Shown: positions 1-6,080 of the stretch, piece by piece | How the letters are laid out: each line of letters opens with the position of its first letter | Numbering within the stretch: position 1 is the first letter of the stretch | Source: a virus | Length of the DNA stretch: 48,960 nucleotides | IMG/VR virus record: IMGVR_UViG_3300009156_000007 | Reading direction: 5' to 3' (one strand) | Notes under the pieces: model-generated | Seen by the model: only the letters and a program-made list of their open reading frames with translations | Database searches by the model: none | What the model was told of the DNA's origin: nothing | Made by a program: the position numbers and the translations under genes

Positions 1-123
1 CAGCACGGTCCCTCGGGGCCGGCGGTACACGGCTGAGGAAAAGGAAGCTGCCTACGACCTGTGGCGGATCGCTGCGGGTCGCAGCTGCACGGCGGTTGCG
101 CGACGCTTGGGCATCGAACGCAA
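1..123. repeat. Terminal direct repeat copy A (identical to 48838-48960)
   Basis: Base-by-base identity, cagcacggtccctcgg...gcatcgaacgcaa, at both ends. The repeat lies inside a coding frame, so it is probably a circular assembly overlap or terminal redundancy. Confidence 0.95.
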
Positions 124-514
124 TACGATCATGGCGTGGCGCGACAGCGAGGGATGGGTCGCCCGTGCCGATCAAGAAGATACCGAAGCGTTCGGCGCCA
201 GTAAGCACGGCGTTGCGGCCCTGGTTGTCACCGAGCTCGTTGCGAATATCGAAACCGCGAAAGAGATCCGCGACGATAAGACGGCCAGCAACAAAGACAG
301 GTTAGCCGCGGCCCAATGGCTGGCAGGCCTGGCCGGCGTCTCACCCGTATCCAAGATTGAGCAAGCCGTCACCGACCATCGCCAGCTCGTTGAAGTCGAA
401 TCACTCCCCGACTTCAGCACCATGTCGCACGACGAACTGCGTGCGTGGGAAGAGGCGCAACGCAAGAAGCGACAGCGTAAGACCATGGTTGCTACCGAGC
501 GCACACGCACGTAA
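2..514 (+). CDS. terS: Terminase small subunit-like HTH protein, 3' portion (gene wraps the junction; 5' end at 48806-48960)
   Basis: The frame of ORF 107..514 stays open back to base 2 and is in frame with ATG 48806 across the overlap (joined product 181 aa). It has an N-terminal HTH (RRYTAEEKEAAYDLWRIAAGRSCTAVARRLGIERNTIMAWR). It also has a KDRLAAAQWLAGLAG motif of the kind seen in small terminases, and it lies near HNH and terL. Confidence 0.6.
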   Translation, partial: STVPRGRRYTAEEKEAAYDLWRIAAGRSCTAVARRLGIERNTIMAWRDSEGWVARADQEDTEAFGASKHGVAALVVTELVANIETAKEIRDDKTASNKDRLAAAQWLAGLAGVSPVSKIEQAVTDHRQLVEVESLPDFSTMSHDELRAWEEAQRKKRQRKTMVATERTRT

Positions 515-940
515 CCACGTATCACGTACCCACATGCGAGACGCCACCCTCGCTACGTACGCGACACCATCGCATCCCCCCTACCCCTGCATCCCCTCTC
601 GCCACCACCACTGTCGCGATCCACGCCCCCACCCCCTACCCTCCCCCGGCGAGCCCGCCCGGCAAGTGAGGGGGTGACTTTAGCGGGTGTATGGTTAGTA
701 AGTGTGTGTGTGGATCAGGGGTCCTTGTCTCCGCTAGAGTTTCCAGAACTTTGAGAGACGATACGACGAACGAAGTGATAACGACTGACCACCCCCCCTG
801 GCCCCCACAAGGCCAAACCGGGATGTCTTTTCTGAGATAAGAGCGTTTTTGGTCAGCGCAGCTCCGGCTATGAACCTTTGATGGGCACACTGACCGAACC
901 ACCGGGTCTACACCATCCCCCGGATTGCTATGAGTTGGGA

Positions 941-1558
941 CTACGTGAGTTCGAGGGTTAGGACCGCTTGTTCGATCTGCTCCCGAGTAATGCGGTTGAG
1001 GTCATCGGTACGGATGAGTCCGCTATGCACCTTGCGGTGACAGTTGGCACAGAGGCAGGTGCACTTGATGACCTCGTTGATGATTGACCCGAAGTCAGAG
1101 AGGGCGCGATTGATGCGTCCAAGGGTGAATCGCTTTTCGGTCGGGTCGATGTGGTGAAAGTCCAGGCAGCAGACTTCGCGCTCACCGCAGACCTGGCACC
1201 CCACCGATGCCCGAATGGCGTGGTTGAATGCCTTGACGGCGATCCGCATGGTCTGTTTTGTGGCGTTCTGTCGTGGCAGGGATTCGAAACGCGGAGCGCG
1301 GTAGACCGTGGTTGGGATGTACGGCTCCGCTTCGCCCCGTGATCGTGCTCTCCATCGACGGACGGCCTCGCGGTGGGCCGCCTTCGTGTCAGGAGATTCG
1401 TTATAGCGTTGTTTGCTGTGCGTTCTGGAGCAGGGTTTGCACCATAAGAAAAGCCCATCAGGTTGTCCCCGATCCTTCGAGAACTCACTGAGTGGGACAT
1501 CCTTGCCGCACCGCCTGCATTGTTTTGTACTGGTGGAAAGCGTAAGCTGAAGTTGCAT
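941..1558 (-). CDS. HNH endonuclease
   Basis: HNH motif CQVCGEREVCCLDFHHIDP...LCANCHRKVH, plus an N-terminal CxxC...CxxC zinc ribbon. ATG 1558 has an AGGAG RBS 8 nt upstream. The ORF-table start at 1639 is a GTG lying upstream of a predicted -10, so it is disfavoured. Confidence 0.85.
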   Translation of the reverse strand: MQLQLTLSTSTKQCRRCGKDVPLSEFSKDRGQPDGLFLWCKPCSRTHSKQRYNESPDTKAAHREAVRRWRARSRGEAEPYIPTTVYRAPRFESLPRQNATKQTMRIAVKAFNHAIRASVGCQVCGEREVCCLDFHHIDPTEKRFTLGRINRALSDFGSIINEVIKCTCLCANCHRKVHSGLIRTDDLNRITREQIEQAVLTLELT

Positions 1559-1629
1559 CTCGACCGCTCCTGTCGGGTGCCTAATCCGGGGGCGTTCGTA
1601 GCGCCGCCCGGTATTCTTGTACTCCCCCG

Positions 1630-1638
1630 ATTCTACCA
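1630..1638 (-). promoter_or_regulatory. Extended -10 promoter element TGGTAGAAT for the HNH gene
   Basis: The reverse complement of attctacca reads TGGTAGAAT. It is about 70 nt upstream of ATG 1558. Confidence 0.5.
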
Positions 1639-1641
1639 CAG

Positions 1642-1651
1642 TAACGACAGT
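1642..1651 (+). promoter_or_regulatory. TAACGACAGT element, single copy between divergent promoters
   Basis: Exact 10-mer also present at 2359, 17459 and 17535. It sits between the two extended -10 elements at 1630-1638 (-) and 1659-1667 (+). Confidence 0.6.
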
Positions 1652-1658
1652 GCCGCTG

Positions 1659-1667
1659 TGCTATCCT
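1659..1667 (+). promoter_or_regulatory. Extended -10 promoter element TGCTATCCT for the 1690 operon
   Basis: TGn plus TATCCT, 22 nt upstream of ATG 1690, followed by the RBS GGAGGAGGAG. Confidence 0.5.
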
Positions 1668-1689
1668 CCCGCCGAAGGAGGAGGAGCGA

Positions 1690-1935
1690 ATGAAGTTTCT
1701 TGTCACCCGGTCATCACACGCGGTCGACGGATCGGCCCCCGTCGATGAGGCGGTCCAGGAACCCTACGTGCAAACCGAATACGCATCCGAAGCCGTGAAT
1801 GGGTGGTTCGTGGAGATCGCGTCGCTCGATGACCTCGTGGCGTTTGGCGACAAATACGGCCCGATCATCGTGCAGGCATATCATGCCAACCCCGACATCA
1901 GGGAAATCGAAATCTACGACGATTGGCGGGAGTAG
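1690..1935 (+). CDS. Hypothetical acidic protein (81 aa)
   Basis: Strong RBS GGAGGAGGAG just upstream of the ATG and GC-rich third positions. No domain recognised. Confidence 0.75.
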   Translation: MKFLVTRSSHAVDGSAPVDEAVQEPYVQTEYASEAVNGWFVEIASLDDLVAFGDKYGPIIVQAYHANPDIREIEIYDDWRE

Positions 1936-1939
1936 CGGA

Positions 1940-2197
1940 ATGCCGGTATCCAAGGAGTTCAGGGACAGCCCGTTCTACCACGGGGTTCAAGGCGACAAGG
2001 AACGGGCGTCGGACGAGGCCCGGCAGACCGCGCCGTGGACCCACGACCAGCTCGTCAAGGTCAAAGACGCGGCCAAGGCGCTGATGCGGACCCGGACGTC
2101 GGTCGATCTTCCGGGCAAGAAAACGCTCTCCGCCTTCGACGGCCACGCCCTGTGGGACCTGATGGGCGCCTTGGAGCGGGTCCGGGAGTTCGACTGA
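1940..2197 (+). CDS. Hypothetical protein (85 aa)
   Basis: Internal ATG 1940 of ORF 1799..2197, 5 nt after the preceding stop. The upstream part of that ORF overlaps the previous gene out of frame. Confidence 0.65.
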   Translation: MPVSKEFRDSPFYHGVQGDKERASDEARQTAPWTHDQLVKVKDAAKALMRTRTSVDLPGKKTLSAFDGHALWDLMGALERVREFD

Positions 2198-2361
2198 TGG
2201 CGACCCTCATCTGCGTCCCGCTCGACCTCTTCGTCGACCTCATCAAGACGGCGCAACTGGTCGCCCTCTTCCCCGAGGACCGGGATCAGACGGTCGAGGA
2301 CGCCATCGCGCTCCTGCCCGAGGACGAACGGGCGAAGTTCACCGACACTCCCACCGAATAA
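2197..2361 (+). CDS. Hypothetical acidic protein (54 aa)
   Basis: The ATG overlaps the previous stop (TGATG), suggesting translational coupling. It is the in-frame tail of ORF 2035..2361. Confidence 0.55.
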   Translation: MATLICVPLDLFVDLIKTAQLVALFPEDRDQTVEDAIALLPEDERAKFTDTPTE

Positions 2362-2402
2362 CGACAGTAACCATTGTCATAACGACACCAACGGCGTATC
2401 CT
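2359..2402 (+). promoter_or_regulatory. Promoter cassette: TAACGACAGT (2359-2368), TTGTCA (2374-2379), TAACGACACC (2380-2389), TATCCT (2397-2402)
   Basis: The -35-like and -10-like hexamers are separated by exactly 17 nt. The two element copies are 21 bp apart. The same architecture recurs at 17459-17503. Confidence 0.6.
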
Positions 2403-2467
2403 GCAAGGGAACTGATCGCGTCAGCGGGGGCGCACGTCGCGCTCCGGGTGGGCGGAAGGTGTGGGCA

Positions 2468-2875
2468 ATGGTACGCGCAGGACCAGCGACGTCTGTGCAA
2501 CGGAAAGTCGGCAACTTCTTCGTCACGGCGGACCTCCTTGCCGCCTCGGTCGACCAGGTCATCTGGATCGCCCCGACCTACTGCCGGCTCGTCAGCGTCA
2601 AGGAGATCCACTCCGTCGTCGGCGGCGCATCGGCAGCGGTTCGCCCCCGGAAGGTGTCCGGCACCAGCGCCCCCGGCGCGGCGGCCTCCGCTACCGTGGT
2701 GGAACTGAGCGCCGCGGCCGACCTCACCGCCACGATCAACACCCTTCAGACGCTCACCATCACCGCCGGCAGCGCGGCCCGGCGCTTCAAGCCGAACGAC
2801 CGCCTGGCGCTCGACTTCTCCGGCACCCTGACCGGCCTCGTCGGCAACATCAGCTTCGAGTTCGAGCCCCTGTAG
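2468..2875 (+). CDS. Hypothetical Ala/Ser/Thr-rich protein (135 aa)
   Basis: ATG 2468 is preceded by GGAAGG at 8 nt (the ORF table starts at GTG 2459). It is the first gene after the promoter cassette. No domain recognised. Confidence 0.7.
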   Translation: MVRAGPATSVQRKVGNFFVTADLLAASVDQVIWIAPTYCRLVSVKEIHSVVGGASAAVRPRKVSGTSAPGAAASATVVELSAAADLTATINTLQTLTITAGSAARRFKPNDRLALDFSGTLTGLVGNISFEFEPL

Positions 2876-3519
2876 TGCAGGGTCGAATAAGCGGCAAAGG
2901 CGATTTCACGTTCGTGACGCTCAATCCCGAGAAGCGATTTCGGCTGTACGACATCCAGGCAGAGGAGACAATCGCAATGGCAGGCAAGACGACACGCGAA
3001 CCGATCGATTCCCACGATAGCGGACCCAAGAAGGCCGGCGAGAAGGTCGGACCAGAGAAGCCGAACCTCGATCAAGAGAACCTGGACCGCGCGCCGGTGC
3101 TCGATCAGCGCGACTACATCGTGGACGGCAACACCGTCGTCCAGCCGACCGAGGCAGAGGAAGGCAAGCCGTTCGACGCCGAGCAGTACGAGAAGGACCG
3201 CGCCGACGCGGCCGGCGCCTCGAGCAACGTGCCGCCCCTCGACGACGTGAAGATCGGCCTGGTCGAAGGCGGCCAGGGCAACCCGGCGGCGGCGACCCAC
3301 TCGTCCGGCTTCATGGACGTGCCGAAGGCCGAGGGCGACCCGGACAGCATCCGCGCCTGGAACGCCCGCAAGGCGGCCGAGGCGCAGGCCACCGGAGCCG
3401 AGGGACAGGCCGAGACCGACGCCAAGACCGAGGCCGCGCAGGACGCGAACGCCCGCCGGGCAGAGACCCGAACGGCAGCGTCTCGTCAGGCGGACGCCGA
3501 CGCGAAGAAGAGCCGCTAA
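2875..3519 (+). CDS. Hypothetical acidic protein
   Basis: GTG 2875 overlaps the previous stop (TAGTG). An alternative ATG at 2977 has a GAGGAG RBS. This is the coding part of ORF 2461..3519, whose first 138 codons are off-frame overlap. Contains GDPDSIRAW. Confidence 0.6.
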   Translation: MQGRISGKGDFTFVTLNPEKRFRLYDIQAEETIAMAGKTTREPIDSHDSGPKKAGEKVGPEKPNLDQENLDRAPVLDQRDYIVDGNTVVQPTEAEEGKPFDAEQYEKDRADAAGASSNVPPLDDVKIGLVEGGQGNPAAATHSSGFMDVPKAEGDPDSIRAWNARKAAEAQATGAEGQAETDAKTEAAQDANARRAETRTAASRQADADAKKSR

Positions 3520-3521
3520 CG

Positions 3522-3749
3522 ATGCCGAAGATGGAGCCGCGGCCCAGCCGGCCCGTCGTCTCGCCGGGACAGAACGCGGCGGAACGGTCGCGGCTCGCGG
3601 GGTCACTGACCGAGTTCATCGTCCAGGGCCCCGAGACGTGGGTTCCTGTGGAAGCGGCAGCCGTAGGCGATCCCGATAGCATCGCGGCGTGGGCGTTCCG
3701 CAAAGGCGCGCCCGCGCCCGAACCCATCCCGAGAGAGGCGGAGGACTAG
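3522..3749 (+). CDS. Hypothetical protein (75 aa)
   Basis: High third-position GC and a start 2 nt after the previous stop. Contains GDPDSIAAW, shared with the preceding gene. Confidence 0.6.
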   Translation: MPKMEPRPSRPVVSPGQNAAERSRLAGSLTEFIVQGPETWVPVEAAAVGDPDSIAAWAFRKGAPAPEPIPREAED

Positions 3750-3751
3750 CG

Positions 3752-3934
3752 ATGGCATTCATCGAACGCGCGTTTCGCCGCCTGACCGACCGCAAGGTGT
3801 ACTGCGTTTCGTGCGGCACGTTCCTGGGGTATGTCTGGAAGAACGGGCACCGGGACTGGGCGTGCCCCGAGCACTCCGGCAACGGCGACGTTCGGGCGAT
3901 CCTCGACCCGAATCCGGCGTACCCCCAACGATAG
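3752..3934 (+). CDS. Small zinc-ribbon-like protein (60 aa)
   Basis: Internal ATG 3752 of ORF 3689..3934, directly after the previous stop. CVSC...CPEH cysteine/histidine pattern. Confidence 0.55.
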   Translation: MAFIERAFRRLTDRKVYCVSCGTFLGYVWKNGHRDWACPEHSGNGDVRAILDPNPAYPQR

Positions 3935-3943
3935 GACCAACCC

Positions 3944-4219
3944 ATGCCCATTCCCGGACCCGGCGATTCCTACGCGCAACACGTTCGCTCGGCCGTTCCT
4001 CCCGGCCAACCCCAATCCCCTCCCCTGCCGGGTCCGGGGATGGGCCCGGGGGCACCCGCCCCCGGAGGACCGGGACAGATTCCGCCGCAGGTGCTCATGC
4101 AACTGATCCAATTGCTCATGCAGCTCAAGCAGGGCGGCGGCGCCCCAATGCCGGGGCAGCAAACCCCGAACCTCCCGCCCGTGCCCATGCCACCCAACCG
4201 ACCACCCGGAGCCTACTAG
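3944..4219 (+). CDS. Pro/Gly/Gln/Met-rich small protein (91 aa)
   Basis: ORF directly upstream of terL. Low-complexity PGPG/PPVP flanks surround a hydrophobic QVLMQLIQLLMQLKQ helix. Confidence 0.55.
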   Translation: MPIPGPGDSYAQHVRSAVPPGQPQSPPLPGPGMGPGAPAPGGPGQIPPQVLMQLIQLLMQLKQGGGAPMPGQQTPNLPPVPMPPNRPPGAY

Positions 4220-4223
4220 TGAC

Positions 4224-6080
4224 GTGACGATCACGCCCTTTCCCACGACGATCCCCTTCCTGCCGGAGCACCTGACGGTGGTTCCGGCAGCGCCACGCTC
4301 GGCTGACGATCCTGAGCGAGATCAGCGACGCGCGGACTACTTGGCGTGGAGAGATCAAATCTATCGGTACAGAATCCAGCGTCATGCCGAGATTGACGCG
4401 GGGTACATCGACAAGGAACTGGAACGGTATTACTGCTCCCAGAGCTTCGGCTACTGGTTGACCCTTTTTGGCACGATATTCGAGCCGCGCGACGACCGCA
4501 GCGGGCTCGGCGGCGGCGATCTTCCGTTTATTCCGTTCGCCAAGCAGCTCGACCTCGCCGCGTTCCTGCTCGCCACGCTCACGCAGCGCGGGGCCGGGGC
4601 CGACGCCGTGGTCAGCAAGCCCCGCGACGTCGGCGCATCGTGGATCGTGTGCGCGATCGCGCTGTGGGGCTGGCTGTTCAAGCACCCGTGGGACGCGCTG
4701 CTCATCTCCCGCAAAGAGGATCTGGTCGACTCCAAGAACCAGGCGTCGTTGTTCGCCAAGATCGACCGCCTGTTCTGGAACCTGCCCGACTGGATGCGCC
4801 CGGAGGGGTTCGACCCCGATCGCCACCGCCAAAAGCTCTTCCTGCTCAACCCGGCCAACCTCAACGAGCTCTCCGGCGAATCGACCACCGCCAAGTCCGG
4901 CCGCGGCTCACGAACGACGTGGGCCGCGTTCGACGAGGCCGCGTTCATCCCGGAGCTGTTCAACACCTGGAACGGGATCAGCAGCACCACGAGCCACCGC
5001 TGGGCGATCTCCACCGAGTCGCTGGACGACGGCCCGGACTTCTACAACCTGCGCACCGGGACCGACATGGAGCACCGCCCGGCGCTGTTCGAGATCGACT
5101 GGTGGGACAACCCGCTCAACGACGACGCCTACTTCGAGGACATGCGCAAGCGCATGGCGTCCCGCCCGGCCGACTTCGCGCGCGAAATCCTGCGCAATCC
5201 CCACATGAGTTCGTCCTTGGTCTACGGGCAGTTCCACGACCCGAAGTACGCGCCCGATCCGAACCGGAACGCCGTGCTCCCGATGGCCCCGACCTACGTC
5301 ACCATCGACCCGGGTAAACTGGACGAGACGGCGATCGTGGTGATTCAGGAAGATCCGGTGACGCTGGAGCACACGATCTTGGATTCCTACCAGAACAAGG
5401 GGAAGGACGCCGACTTCTACGGAACCCTGCTCTCCTGCTGCCCCGACGAAGAAAAGTTCCCCGACATGTACGGCGAGCGCGAGCACGACTTCATGGACCT
5501 GCTCCGGCAACTCCCGTCGCCCACCTACTGCGGAGACGTCTACGGCGACACCAGCAACGGCGCCACGCTGGATACCTTCTATTCGGTTCTGACCAAATAC
5601 ACCGTTCCGGGAACGGCAGACGAGTACAAAACGGGAACATACCTCACCGCCGACCAGATTGCGGTGGGGCAGTCGATCCTCGTCAACCGAGACCGGCTGG
5701 GGAATAAAGATCGAGGCATGTATCGAAAGCAACGAAGCACCTTCAAGGGACGCCAGCAATGCGTCCACGAGTTGAGCCAGGGGTTGCGCTTCTCCGCCCG
5801 GCCCGGCGCCGTGTTCGCGCATCGGTGCGTCACCAACCACCGGTTCAAGCCGCCGACCAGCGGCACGATCACCGAGCCGAGCGCGCCGATCCACGACTGG
5901 ACCAGCCACGTCATGCAGGCGATCGAGTTCTGGGCGGTCTACAAAAAGACCCGCGGCGACCTGCTCGGCACGGTCGACAAGCCGAAAGCGCCCGTGTCCG
6001 TCAAGCACGCCAGCCTGGCCCGCCTGACCACGCCCCGCGCCAACAAGCAGCGCGCAACGCTCTACGCCGGGAGGCGCTAA
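4224..6080 (+). CDS. terL: Terminase large subunit
   Basis: 618 aa with a GTG start. Walker A-like SKPRDVGASW and Walker B-like TTWAAFDEAAFI. Positioned directly upstream of a portal-sized gene. Confidence 0.88.
   Translation: MTITPFPTTIPFLPEHLTVVPAAPRSADDPERDQRRADYLAWRDQIYRYRIQRHAEIDAGYIDKELERYYCSQSFGYWLTLFGTIFEPRDDRSGLGGGDLPFIPFAKQLDLAAFLLATLTQRGAGADAVVSKPRDVGASWIVCAIALWGWLFKHPWDALLISRKEDLVDSKNQASLFAKIDRLFWNLPDWMRPEGFDPDRHRQKLFLLNPANLNELSGESTTAKSGRGSRTTWAAFDEAAFIPELFNTWNGISSTTSHRWAISTESLDDGPDFYNLRTGTDMEHRPALFEIDWWDNPLNDDAYFEDMRKRMASRPADFAREILRNPHMSSSLVYGQFHDPKYAPDPNRNAVLPMAPTYVTIDPGKLDETAIVVIQEDPVTLEHTILDSYQNKGKDADFYGTLLSCCPDEEKFPDMYGEREHDFMDLLRQLPSPTYCGDVYGDTSNGATLDTFYSVLTKYTVPGTADEYKTGTYLTADQIAVGQSILVNRDRLGNKDRGMYRKQRSTFKGRQQCVHELSQGLRFSARPGAVFAHRCVTNHRFKPPTSGTITEPSAPIHDWTSHVMQAIEFWAVYKKTRGDLLGTVDKPKAPVSVKHASLARLTTPRANKQRATLYAGRR

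Noticed and set aside
636-902. - strand ORF 636..902 (88 aa) and + strand ORF 357..677 in the gap after terS.
   Set aside because: There is no RBS, the sequence is low-complexity, and both span the C-tract/G-tract region, which looks non-coding. ORF 357..677 is an off-frame overlap of terS.
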